From: an uncultured archaeon
GTDB lineage: Archaea; Aenigmatarchaeota; Aenigmatarchaeia; GW2011-AR5; JAHLMP01
Assembly: GCA_964608845.1 (NCBI GenBank)
Contig: CAZSPP010000023.1
Location: forward strand, 18,061-50,060
Reading direction: 5' to 3'
DNA length: 32,000 nucleotides
Shown: piece after piece, positions 19,069-28,464 of the stretch
Layout of the letters: the number at the start of each line of letters is the position of its first letter
Position numbering within the stretch: position 1 is the first letter of the stretch
Translations under genes and position numbers: made by a program
The notes under the pieces: model-generated
What the model saw: only the letters and a program-made list of their open reading frames with translations
The model's database searches: none
What the model was told of the DNA's origin: nothing

Positions 19069-21198
19069 TTATTGCATAAATTTAGCTTCTGCTTTTTTTA
19101 AATCATACGTTTTTCTTATTTTGAATTCTTCTTTTTTTCCTACATTCCAATTACTAACTGGTCTAAAGTATCCGACAATTCTAGAATATACTTCTGTTGT
19201 TTCTCCGCACATTGGACAATTTTCAAATTTTCCGGCAATATAACCATGAGAAGAACATATACTGAATGTTGGGGTTATTGTGAAATATGGCAGTCTATAA
19301 TTTTCACATATCTTTTTTACTATGTTTCTTACAGATTTTGAATTTTCTATCTTTTCACCAACAAATATATGAAGCACAGTACCTCCGGTATATTTTGTTT
19401 GCAACTCGTCTTGATGCTCTAGAACCTCAAAAATATCATCAGTATAATTTACTGGTAAGTGTGTTGAGTTTGTGTAAAATGGTTCTGATCCTTTTTTATA
19501 TTCTTCTTCGTTTGCACATATTATATCAGGATATTTAGATTTATCTATCTTAGCCAATCTATAGCTTGTGCCTTCCCCTGGAGTTGCTTCTAAATTATAA
19601 TTATTTCCTGTTTCTTCCTGGAATTCTAAAAGCTTATCTCTCATAAAATCTAAAACCTTTAATGCAAAATCTCTTCCATCCTTTTCAGCTATACTTTTTC
19701 CAAGAAAGTTTAAGCATGCTTCATTCATTCCTATTAGACCTATAGTTGAAAAATGATTTTTCCAATATTCTCCAAATCTTTCTTTTATTTTTCTAAGATA
19801 AAACTTAGAATATGGGTAAAGATTTTTTTCTGTTAATTTTTCAAGAATTTTTCTTTTTATTTCAAGGCTATTCTTGGCTAATACCATAAGATTTTCAAGC
19901 CTTTCAAAGAAATCTCTATCATCTTTTGACAGATATCCAATTCTCGGCATATTTATTGTAACTACTCCAATTGATCCTGTTAAAGGACTTGCACCAAAGA
20001 AGCCTCCTCCTTTCTTTTTTAAATCTCTTAAATCCAATCTTAGTCTACAACACATACTTCTAGCATCTTCTGGTCTCATATCAGAATTTATGAAATTTGC
20101 AAAATATGGAATTCCATATTTTGCAGTTACTTCCCATAATATCTCTAAATTATTTCCATTGTTATTCCAAAAATCTCTTGTTATATTATATGTTGGTATT
20201 GGAAATGTAAAAATTCTTCCTGCAGCATCTCCTTCACTCATAATCTCAAGGAATGCTCTATTGAACAAATCTATTTCTTCTTGAAATTCCGAATAAGTTT
20301 CTTTTTGTTGCTTTCCTCCCAATATTATACCCTCGTTTTCTAAATAGGTTGGAACTTTTAAATCTAAAGTTATGTTTGTAAATGGTGTTTGAAATCCTAC
20401 GCGAGTAGGAACATTCATATTAAATATAAATTCTTGCATCGCTTGCCTAACATCTTTATAACTAAGGTTATCGTATCTTATAAACGGAGCAAGTAAAGTA
20501 TCGAAATTTGAAAATGCTATTGCTCCTGCTGATTCACCTTGCATGGTGTAAAAGAAATTTACAACTTGACCTAAAGCTGATCTAAAATGTTTTGCTGGCT
20601 TTGTTTCTATTTTTCCAGGAGCTCCTTTAAATCCTTCTAATAGCAAATCAAAAAGATCCCAACCAACGCAATAAACAGAGAGCAAGCCTAAATCATGAAT
20701 ATGAAAATCTCCTTGCTTATAAGCATCTCTTATTTCAGGTGGATAAACCTTGTTTAACCAATAAACCTTGCTTATTTCTGATGAGATGTAATAATTTAAA
20801 CCTTGAAGAGAAAAGGTCATGTTGCTATTTTCATTCACTTGCCAATCTAGTTTATCAATATATTGCTCAACTAGATCAACATTAGACTTTTCTATTATTT
20901 CTCTTATTTCTCTATGTTGCTCTCTATAAATTATATAAGCCTTTGCTACCTTATATTCCCCTTGGTTCACAAGCGTTTCTTCTACAACATCCTGAATTTC
21001 CTCTACAGTTATTATTTTTTCGGGGTTTTTTTCCTGAATCTCTTCAAGGGTTTTTACTACAAGATTAGAAAATTTTTCTGCCTTTTCTCTATCTTTATAA
21101 CCAACCGCTTGAAAAGCTTTCCATATAGCTTCTGTTATTCTTGATTGATCAAAAGGAACGATTCTCCCATCCCTTTTTCTTATCTTTTCTATTTTCAT
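19069..21198 (-). CDS. nrdD: Anaerobic ribonucleoside-triphosphate reductase (class III) with N-terminal ATP-cone
   Basis: ATP-cone KIRKRDGRIVPFDQSRI, C-terminal Zn-ribbon CSSHGY...CPMCGE, and glycyl-radical motif SRIVGYFRPV. I chose the ATG at 21198. The 709 aa length leaves no room for an intein. Confidence 0.93.
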   Translation of the reverse strand: MKIEKIRKRDGRIVPFDQSRITEAIWKAFQAVGYKDREKAEKFSNLVVKTLEEIQEKNPEKIITVEEIQDVVEETLVNQGEYKVAKAYIIYREQHREIREIIEKSNVDLVEQYIDKLDWQVNENSNMTFSLQGLNYYISSEISKVYWLNKVYPPEIRDAYKQGDFHIHDLGLLSVYCVGWDLFDLLLEGFKGAPGKIETKPAKHFRSALGQVVNFFYTMQGESAGAIAFSNFDTLLAPFIRYDNLSYKDVRQAMQEFIFNMNVPTRVGFQTPFTNITLDLKVPTYLENEGIILGGKQQKETYSEFQEEIDLFNRAFLEIMSEGDAAGRIFTFPIPTYNITRDFWNNNGNNLEILWEVTAKYGIPYFANFINSDMRPEDARSMCCRLRLDLRDLKKKGGGFFGASPLTGSIGVVTINMPRIGYLSKDDRDFFERLENLMVLAKNSLEIKRKILEKLTEKNLYPYSKFYLRKIKERFGEYWKNHFSTIGLIGMNEACLNFLGKSIAEKDGRDFALKVLDFMRDKLLEFQEETGNNYNLEATPGEGTSYRLAKIDKSKYPDIICANEEEYKKGSEPFYTNSTHLPVNYTDDIFEVLEHQDELQTKYTGGTVLHIFVGEKIENSKSVRNIVKKICENYRLPYFTITPTFSICSSHGYIAGKFENCPMCGETTEVYSRIVGYFRPVSNWNVGKKEEFKIRKTYDLKKAEAKFMQ

Positions 21199-21317
21199 CA
21201 AAAATCACTTAGAATATTGTTTAATATTTCATTTTGTTTTTTAATAGATTTCTGTTGGGCAAAATATTTTAATCAATTTCTCTTTTTTAAAACTTGTTTT
21301 TTATTTATATAAATTGA

Positions 21318-21848
21318 ATGAGATGCTTTGTCGCAATTGATTTGCCTGAAGATATTTGTAAAAAGATAGGAGAGATAAAATCAGAAATTAATAACAAAAA
21401 ATTCATAAAAATCGCCTCAGAGCCTCACATAACACTAAAATTTATAGGTGAAGTTGAAGAAAAACAAAAAAATCATATTATAGAAAATCTTAAAAAAATC
21501 GAGTACAAGCCATTTGAAGTGGTCATAAAAGGTATTGGAGTTTTTCCTAATTTTAAATATATTAGAGTAATTTGGCTAGGTTGCTTCTCAAAAGATCTTG
21601 AAAAATTAGCAGAAATTATTAGAAACCAATTAAAGGAATTTAATCCAGAAGATGAAAAATTCGTTGGTCATATAACAATTGCTAGGTTAAAAAATAAACC
21701 GGATAATGATATTTATAATTTTATAGAGAAATACAAAAATATAGAAATAGGAAAATTTTTGGTCAAAGATTTCAAATTGAAAAGAAGTGTATTAACACAA
21801 AAGGGGGCTATATACTCAGATATTTATCAATTCGAGTTGATGAAATGA
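21318..21848 (+). CDS. thpR: RNA 2',3'-cyclic phosphodiesterase (2H family, ThpR/LigT)
   Basis: It has the two H-x-T motifs (PHITLKF and GHITIARL) and the typical MRCFVAIDLPE start. Confidence 0.88.
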   Translation: MRCFVAIDLPEDICKKIGEIKSEINNKKFIKIASEPHITLKFIGEVEEKQKNHIIENLKKIEYKPFEVVIKGIGVFPNFKYIRVIWLGCFSKDLEKLAEIIRNQLKEFNPEDEKFVGHITIARLKNKPDNDIYNFIEKYKNIEIGKFLVKDFKLKRSVLTQKGAIYSDIYQFELMK

Positions 21849-22624
21849 AAGAGATTGATAATTTGAAGAAAGAGATTGATAAAACACAAGTTATAATAAT
21901 GGCTGGAGGTAGTGCAAAAAGAATGGGACTTGCTTTTCAAGATATACCTAAACCTATGATAGAAATTTGTGGAAAGCCTTTGATTGAATGGTGCATAGAG
22001 CTTTATAAGAATTGTGGATTTAGAGATTTTGTTTTTATATTGGGATATAAGCACGAAAAGATTGAGGAATATATAAAAGATGGCTCAAAATTAGGAATTA
22101 ATGTAAAATATTGTATAGATCCAGAAGAAAATATGGGAAAGGGAAGGTCTTTAAAAGCAGCTCTAAAAAATTTTGATACAAACAGAAGATCAATAATTTC
22201 TTATCCAGATGATCTATTTCTTGATAAAACATTACCGATAAGACTACTATTGCACCATCTCGATGGTAAGAAAAGATTGGATATAATAGCAACTAATCTA
22301 TTTGTTTCTGCAACGAGATATCCTTTTGGAGTTGGAGAAATAAATGATAAAGGTATAGTGGAAAGCTTTGTTGAAAAACCAATAATACAAAAATTTTCTT
22401 CTACTGGTACAATTGTTGTTGAACCAGAATTCTTTAATATGATAGAAAAATACATAGATGAAAAGTCGGATAAGCCGATAGAGTTTGAAAGTGTTGTATA
22501 TCCAATAATAGCAGAAATGAAAAAAATGTATTCAATGATAGTTTCTCCCGATGTTTGGTTACCAATAAATACATTAAAAGAATTAGAAAAAGCTAAGGAA
22601 ATTCTTGAAAAAAATAATAAATAA
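21845..22624 (+). CDS. Sugar-phosphate nucleotidyltransferase (NTP_transferase family)
   Basis: IIMAGGSAKRMG...PKPMIEICGKPLIEW N-terminal signature. The start overlaps the thpR stop as ATGA. Confidence 0.8.
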   Translation: MKEIDNLKKEIDKTQVIIMAGGSAKRMGLAFQDIPKPMIEICGKPLIEWCIELYKNCGFRDFVFILGYKHEKIEEYIKDGSKLGINVKYCIDPEENMGKGRSLKAALKNFDTNRRSIISYPDDLFLDKTLPIRLLLHHLDGKKRLDIIATNLFVSATRYPFGVGEINDKGIVESFVEKPIIQKFSSTGTIVVEPEFFNMIEKYIDEKSDKPIEFESVVYPIIAEMKKMYSMIVSPDVWLPINTLKELEKAKEILEKNNK

Positions 22625-23704
22625 TCTTGCTATCTTTTTTGGTTCCTTTCTTGCAAATTCTTTAAGAAGTGAGGATGAACTATCATATTCAAAATTTTCT
22701 AACTTGATTTTATTTATCTCCCTAAATATTTCTTCTATTTGGTTATTATTAAAAGATTCGTAAATGTTTCTAATAAACCTTTGAAGCAAAATCTCTTTAT
22801 AAATTTCTTTTTTCCAAAGCTTTTCATATATTTCAAGTTTTTTGTTGTATTCAATATGATTTATTATAGCATCTTTTGCTTTTTCTGCACAAATAAGAGA
22901 ATAAATTATTCCTCCTCCTGTTAACGGCTTTGTTTGACCACAGGCATCTCCAACTAAAATTGCATTTTTATAAAAAGATTTTGTTGTTGTTATAGGAATT
23001 AAATGAAAATAATCCTTATTATCAAAATTTTCATTAACTTTATCTCTTAAAAATTTTGAAAATTTTTCTTTAGAATTTTTTATCTCTGTCATTAAACCAA
23101 TTTCCCTATTTTGTGGTATAATCCAACCGAAAAATCTTTTAGAATATTTTTTGTCGTGATAAACCGATATCTTTTTTATTTCTATTTTTTTTCTAAGTTT
23201 ATGAATATATCCTATTGCAAATTTAGGTTCTTCTATTCCCAAAAATTTTCTAACTATAGAGTTTGCTCCATCGCATCCAACTAGAATTTTGAAAATATAT
23301 TTGTTATTCTTTCCTATAACATAAAAATCTTTATTTAATTTTATTTTTTCGCACTCATCATAATATAGTTTCGCTCCGCTTTTTGTTGCTATCTTTCTCA
23401 AATATCTTCCAAATTCCTTCCTTTTAAGAATATAAGCAAAAGGCTTGTTTGAAAATAAATAAAAACTACTTTTTGAAGAAAAAAAATTCATCTCTTTTAT
23501 TTTATCTAATATTAAACTTTCTTTAATTTTAAGAAAATTTTTTATATTCGTTGAAACTATTCCTGAGTCGACTTTTATTTTTCTCGATTTTTCTATTAAA
23601 ATGACATCAATTCCTTCATTAGAAAGAAGATAAGCCAAATAACTACCTGCAACACCTGCTCCAATTATTCCAACCTCTGCCTTTATAAAATCTTTTCTTT
23701 GCAT
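22583..23704 (-). CDS. FAD-dependent geranylgeranyl reductase family oxidoreductase
   Basis: Rossmann VGIIGAGVAGSYLA...VILIEK and the GGR-type GDACGQTKPLTGGGI. The 3' end overlaps the convergent gene by 42 nt. Confidence 0.8.
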   Translation of the reverse strand: MQRKDFIKAEVGIIGAGVAGSYLAYLLSNEGIDVILIEKSRKIKVDSGIVSTNIKNFLKIKESLILDKIKEMNFFSSKSSFYLFSNKPFAYILKRKEFGRYLRKIATKSGAKLYYDECEKIKLNKDFYVIGKNNKYIFKILVGCDGANSIVRKFLGIEEPKFAIGYIHKLRKKIEIKKISVYHDKKYSKRFFGWIIPQNREIGLMTEIKNSKEKFSKFLRDKVNENFDNKDYFHLIPITTTKSFYKNAILVGDACGQTKPLTGGGIIYSLICAEKAKDAIINHIEYNKKLEIYEKLWKKEIYKEILLQRFIRNIYESFNNNQIEEIFREINKIKLENFEYDSSSSLLKEFARKEPKKIARLFIIFFKNFLSFF

Positions 23705-23741
23705 AATTCATTTTTAAGATTTATTAATAAAAAGAGTTAGT

Positions 23742-24587
23742 ATGGACATTAATTTTGAAAGGCTTTTAGATAGACTTATTTTAGTTCCGATAATTTTACT
23801 AATTATCTCAATATCCATACTCTCATACAATTATCTCACTTCAGGATTTTTTATAAAAAAGGATGTGGAGCTTAGTGGTGGAATAAGTATAAGTATAAAA
23901 ATAAAAGAAAATATTGATCCCAAAGAAATTGAAAAAATTATTCCTGGCTCTTCTGTAAGAATGAGTTATGGTTATGGAGGTAATGTTTTGGTTGTTCAAG
24001 CACCGACAAAAAACGAAGAAGAAGTGATAGAAAAAATAAAAGAAAAGATCATTTTTGATGAAAATGAAGTGGAAATAGGAATAGTGGATCCTGTGGTGGG
24101 TGAAATATTTTGGAGACAAGCGAAAATTGCATTAATAATAGCTTTCATTTTGATTGGTATTGTTGTGTTTTTAGCATATAGAGCAATATTACCAAGCGTT
24201 GCAATGCTTCTTTCAACAATATCTGATGTAATTATAACAGTTGCTGTTTTAAGTGTTTTGAATATAAATCTTTCACTACCAGTTATTGCTGGACTTTTAA
24301 TGATAATAGGGTACTCTGTAGATACAGATGTTCTTTTAGCAACAAGAATGTTGAAGAGAAGTGGGGATTTAAATTCAAGAATTTTTTCTGCAATAAAAAC
24401 TGGTATGACAATGACTTTAACTACAATTTCTGCTCTTTTATGTATATATATATTTTCAGGGGGTACTGCTCTTAGATATATATCATTAACATTATTGATA
24501 GGTTTGTCTGCAGATATAATAAACACTTGGATAACAAATACATACCTATTTAGATTTTGGATAAAAAGAAGGGGTGGAAAACAATGA
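23742..24587 (+). CDS. secF: Protein-export membrane protein SecF
   Basis: N-terminal TM helix, then a periplasmic loop with VELSGGISISI. The C-terminal six-helix region (IIGYSVDTDVLLATRM) is typical of SecF. Confidence 0.85.
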   Translation: MDINFERLLDRLILVPIILLIISISILSYNYLTSGFFIKKDVELSGGISISIKIKENIDPKEIEKIIPGSSVRMSYGYGGNVLVVQAPTKNEEEVIEKIKEKIIFDENEVEIGIVDPVVGEIFWRQAKIALIIAFILIGIVVFLAYRAILPSVAMLLSTISDVIITVAVLSVLNINLSLPVIAGLLMIIGYSVDTDVLLATRMLKRSGDLNSRIFSAIKTGMTMTLTTISALLCIYIFSGGTALRYISLTLLIGLSADIINTWITNTYLFRFWIKRRGGKQ

Positions 24588-26206
24588 ACTTAATAAAGAA
24601 TATTAGAATTATATTTTGGATATTTTGTATCATATTCTCTCTATTACTTATATTTCCTTTAGAAAGAAGTGGTGTTGTAGTAATACTTGTTAGTGAAAAT
24701 CTCAGCGAAATAATAAAATCGGGTGATATAATTTATGAGGTAAACGGTGAAAAAGCTAATTTAAACAACATATATGGCTTTGTACATATAAAAACAAATA
24801 GAGGAGAATTTGATATAAATATTTCAAAAGAAGATGTTGTTGTTGAACCTCGATCCTTAACAAATCTTAAATTTGGCTTAGATATAAAAGGAGGAATACT
24901 TGCGATTGTAAAACCTGAAAAAAATGTTAGTGATGAAACGCTAGAATTAATAAAAAATAATTTAGAAAGGAGGATGTCTTCTTTAAGAGAATCTAGCTTT
25001 CAAATAGTTAAATATGGGGATGAAAAATTCATTCAAATACAAATAGCTGGAGGGACAGAAGATGAAATAAAAAAATTAATAAATACTACAGGAATATTTG
25101 AAGCTAAAATTCCAATACCTGTAAAATTTGAGAATGGAGAAGGAATAGTTAAATTTGGAGATGAAAAAGAATGGTTTGAAGTAAAGATTTCTGACAAAAA
25201 AGATTCGATAATTTATGAAGGGAAAGAGATTAGAATAAATGAAAGTTTTATATACAAAGGGGTAGAATTTACTTTATTTGAAATAAAAAATGATAGTGCA
25301 TTAATAGCTCCTACTGTTTACAAAAACAGTGGAGAGAGGATTGATGTTGTTAGAGTATATACTGATCCTCAGCACTCTTATGTTCAAAATGTCGGTGGTT
25401 ATTATGAATGGAAGTTTGATGTCGAAGTAACGCGAAATGCTGCTGAAAATTTTTATAAAGCAGTAAAAAATCTTGGAATTAGATATGAAGCTGGTAGAGC
25501 ATACTTAGAATCTAAGATATATTTGTATTTAGATGGAAAGTTAGTAAGCAATCTTTCCATCTCTTCAACTCTAAAAAATAGACCAACTACAATGGCATCT
25601 GTCTCTGGCTCAGCACCAACAAGAGAAGAAGCTATTCAAGAGAAAAATTGGCTCCAATTAATTCTTCGTTCAGGAGCATTGCCAACAAACCTTCAAATAA
25701 TTTCAATAAAAGTAATTTCTCCTAAACTCGGAGCATCATTTTTAATAAACGTTTTCATTTCTCTTTTTGCAGCAATAATTTGTGTTAGCATTATTATATT
25801 TTTAAGGTATAGAAGTACTAGAATAAGTTTACCTGCTCTTCTAACGTCTTTTAGTGAAGTAATAATTCTATTGGGTTTATCTGTATTAATAAATTGGAAT
25901 TTAGATTTGGCTTCTATAGCTGGTATTATTGTAATTGTTGGTACTGGTATTGATCAACAAATAATGATAATAGATGAAATCCTTGAAAAGAGGGAAGAAA
26001 CTATCTCTTTAAAGGCCAAGCTCAAGAGAGCCTTTTTCATGATATTTACATCCGCAGGAACAACTATTTGTGCGATGCTTCCTCTTATGACAATAGGATT
26101 TGGAATTCTTAAAGGATTTGCTATTACCACAACTTTAGGAATTCTTGTTGCAATATTTATAACAAGACCTGCGTTTTCAGATATTATAGAAAGATTGCTT
26201 AAGTGA
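24584..26206 (+). CDS. secD: Protein-export membrane protein SecD
   Basis: LKFGLDIKGGILA motif, a large extracytoplasmic domain, and C-terminal GIIVIVGTGIDQQIMIIDE. The ATG at 24584 overlaps the secF stop (ATGA) and is preceded by GGGGTGG. The ORF track used the TTG at 24557. Confidence 0.85.
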   Translation: MNLIKNIRIIFWIFCIIFSLLLIFPLERSGVVVILVSENLSEIIKSGDIIYEVNGEKANLNNIYGFVHIKTNRGEFDINISKEDVVVEPRSLTNLKFGLDIKGGILAIVKPEKNVSDETLELIKNNLERRMSSLRESSFQIVKYGDEKFIQIQIAGGTEDEIKKLINTTGIFEAKIPIPVKFENGEGIVKFGDEKEWFEVKISDKKDSIIYEGKEIRINESFIYKGVEFTLFEIKNDSALIAPTVYKNSGERIDVVRVYTDPQHSYVQNVGGYYEWKFDVEVTRNAAENFYKAVKNLGIRYEAGRAYLESKIYLYLDGKLVSNLSISSTLKNRPTTMASVSGSAPTREEAIQEKNWLQLILRSGALPTNLQIISIKVISPKLGASFLINVFISLFAAIICVSIIIFLRYRSTRISLPALLTSFSEVIILLGLSVLINWNLDLASIAGIIVIVGTGIDQQIMIIDEILEKREETISLKAKLKRAFFMIFTSAGTTICAMLPLMTIGFGILKGFAITTTLGILVAIFITRPAFSDIIERLLK

Positions 26207-26210
26207 TTTG

Positions 26211-26711
26211 ATGATAAACAGATTGCTGTTTATGAAATATGCTTTACCTTGCTCTGATAAATTAATACAAAGAGGTGAAGTTGACGAAAATTATATTAAA
26301 AAATTGTTTGATATTGTAAAAAATTCAAAAAAATTACCAGAAAATTCTGAAAAGATATTTAGGGTTGCTTTTTCTTTTTGCAAAAAAATAGGAGAAAAAA
26401 TAAATAAAGATCCGATGGATGAAGACGTTATAAGAAGATATTTTCTTTATGAGCATGATAATGTTGTGGAAAAGATGGGATATGAACAAAATTGCAAAGT
26501 TTATCCTGGTTTATGTTTAAAGATTGAAAATGGTTTAGCGAAGATATTGACACCAATAGGATTTAATTTTTATAAAATAGATTTTGTTCCTGATTTGAAA
26601 GAAAATGAATATGTTGTAGTTCATAGAGAATTTGTTATAGAAAGAATATCTAAAGATCTAGCAAAAAAGCTCTGGGAGATTAAAACTTTACAATCTTCTC
26701 TCTTAATTTAA
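26211..26711 (+). CDS. Protein with a C-terminal HypC/HupF-like domain and an unrecognised N-terminal extension of about 95 aa
   Basis: Residues 96-157 (CKVYPGLCLKIENGLAKI...NEYVVVHREFVIERISKDLAKKL) align by eye with E. coli HypC (MCIGVPGQIRTIDGNQAKV...GQWVLVHVGFAMSVINEAEA). The start is uncertain (26211 or 26232). Confidence 0.5.
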   Translation: MINRLLFMKYALPCSDKLIQRGEVDENYIKKLFDIVKNSKKLPENSEKIFRVAFSFCKKIGEKINKDPMDEDVIRRYFLYEHDNVVEKMGYEQNCKVYPGLCLKIENGLAKILTPIGFNFYKIDFVPDLKENEYVVVHREFVIERISKDLAKKLWEIKTLQSSLLI

Positions 26712-26713
26712 TT

Positions 26714-27097
26714 TTAAGAATTCATCATTTTTTCTTCTATTATTTTTTCAACCTTTTTGAAAGCTTCTTCTTCATTCATTTTCATTGGTATTCCTATTAT
26801 TCTAAACTTTTTTATAATACCAATCCTTTTCCACAATTTTATAAAAAATCCCAAGTCCAAATCGTGTGTGGAATAAATCTTTTTGTTTTCTATCTTTTCA
26901 ATGTCTGTAATTAATTCAACATCTTTTATTCCTATTACTGTATCTAATATGTTAATCTCTTCATCATTAATTTCTTCTAAAGGATCAAATTCAATAAATT
27001 TTATTTTAGGGAATCTTTTTTTCAATCTTGGTATTAATTTTATTGGCAAACTATCATCTTTTAATAAAACATTTCCTAGAATATAAATTTTTTTCAT
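26714..27097 (-). CDS. [NiFe]-hydrogenase maturation endopeptidase (HycI/HoxW/HybD family)
   Basis: MKKIYILGNVLLKDDSLP matches the GN-x-L-x-x-D(D/E) start. The later ILDTV and STHDLDLG match the Asp and His metal ligands. I chose the ATG at 27097; the ORF track used 27121. Confidence 0.75.
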   Translation of the reverse strand: MKKIYILGNVLLKDDSLPIKLIPRLKKRFPKIKFIEFDPLEEINDEEINILDTVIGIKDVELITDIEKIENKKIYSTHDLDLGFFIKLWKRIGIIKKFRIIGIPMKMNEEEAFKKVEKIIEEKMMNS

Positions 27098-27192
27098 CTC
27101 TGCTTCTTTTTGTATACACATAAAAATCTATATGAATTCAAATGTTTTAATTTTAGGTTCTAAGAAAAAATTATTTAATAGTTAATTTTACT

Positions 27193-28464
27193 TTATAACC
27201 ATCTCACCTTCAAGAAATGACTTGCACAGCTCATACAAGGATCATAAGCCCTAATAAGCTTTTCTATCTCATGAACAATCTTATGTTTTGATTCATTCAA
27301 CATTTGAGTAACCAAATCTTTTATATCTTTTTCCATCATTATCTGATTTTGCGCTGTTGGAATTACAATATTTCCATAGTTTATTTTTCCCTCATTATTA
27401 ATAGAAAGCATATAATAAAGTGTTCCTCTTGGAGCTTCAATAACACCAACACCTTCTCCTGCCTTTATTTTTATTTCGGGTTTATTCTCTTCTTTAAACT
27501 CTCTTGATTCAATAATTTCAATTGAGTGATCAATTGAATGTAATATCTCTATAGCTTGAGCAAGATTGTTATGATATACATTATTTGAAGGGAATATTTT
27601 GAGATATTTTTCTACATCTCTTTTTGTTTCTTTATGTAAAGCTTCTTTATTCAAATTCATTCTTGCTAATGCTCCTACCATATATTCCCTGCCTTCAAAT
27701 TGAAATCCAGTTGCTTGAGAATATGGAATTACTATTCTATTCAAATAGTTCCAAAAATTTTCTTCTTCTATTCTTGTTCCGTCTATGCTTTTTATATATC
27801 CTTCTAAAAAACTAAAATCCTCTGTTATTAAAGCAACATAATTTTTTTCTTTTGTGAAATTAAAATCGCATTTGTATAAAATTTCAATCAAATCTAAAAC
27901 ATCTTCCCTTACGCTTTTCAACTGATTTACAACGCTCTTTAATTCATCTTTTGTAGGAATTTTTGAAAAGTGTGCAACGTTTATGTATTGCGGATGGACA
28001 GCTCTTCCACCTATTACTGTAGAAAGTGCATTTCCTGCTGCTTTAACTTTAAATGCTTGCTCAATTATTTTTATGTTCTCAATATCCAAAATAGAATCTA
28101 TATCAAAAATATCAGGTAAGACAAAAAAATAAAGATGCAATGCATGATCTCTTATAATAGTTCCATACATCGCAAGCTTTCTTAACAAAATTGTTTGTTC
28201 AGAAGGTTTTATACCTAAAGCCTTTTCTACAGCTTCTATACAGCATATTAAATGTGCTATACTACAAGTTCCGCAAATTCTTGAAACGATTTGATGCACA
28301 TTTAAACAATTTTTATTTCTTATTGCTTGTGTATAGAATCTTTTACTTTCTGTAACTTTTAGCTTTATGTTTTTAACATTATTATTCCTTATTTTTATAT
28401 CTAGGCTTGCGCTTCCTTCTATCTTGCTTATATTTTTTAATGAAATATCCAATCCTTTATGCAT
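27193..28464 (-). CDS. [NiFe]-hydrogenase large (catalytic) subunit, cytoplasmic group-3-like
   Basis: N-terminal RICGTCSIAH and C-terminal DPCMSCASH NiFe-ligand motifs, KIEGS (proton-relay Glu), GGRAVHP and EAPRGTL. The ATG overlaps the small-subunit stop (ATGCATAA). Confidence 0.9.
   Translation of the reverse strand: MHKGLDISLKNISKIEGSASLDIKIRNNNVKNIKLKVTESKRFYTQAIRNKNCLNVHQIVSRICGTCSIAHLICCIEAVEKALGIKPSEQTILLRKLAMYGTIIRDHALHLYFFVLPDIFDIDSILDIENIKIIEQAFKVKAAGNALSTVIGGRAVHPQYINVAHFSKIPTKDELKSVVNQLKSVREDVLDLIEILYKCDFNFTKEKNYVALITEDFSFLEGYIKSIDGTRIEEENFWNYLNRIVIPYSQATGFQFEGREYMVGALARMNLNKEALHKETKRDVEKYLKIFPSNNVYHNNLAQAIEILHSIDHSIEIIESREFKEENKPEIKIKAGEGVGVIEAPRGTLYYMLSINNEGKINYGNIVIPTAQNQIMMEKDIKDLVTQMLNESKHKIVHEIEKLIRAYDPCMSCASHFLKVRWL

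Noticed and set aside
19069-21198. An intein or other insertion in nrdD, a frequent intein host.
   Set aside because: The length (about 709 aa with the ATP-cone) and the uninterrupted run of conserved blocks leave no room for an intein, and no Cys/Ser...His-Asn splice-junction block is seen.
22583-22624. The 42 nt convergent overlap between the nucleotidyltransferase and the GGR-family gene as a sign of a mis-called stop or a frameshift.
   Set aside because: Both frames run uninterrupted to clear stop codons. The overlap is the antisense of a Lys/Glu-rich tail, which naturally lacks stop codons in the opposite frame. Nothing in the sequence indicates an error.
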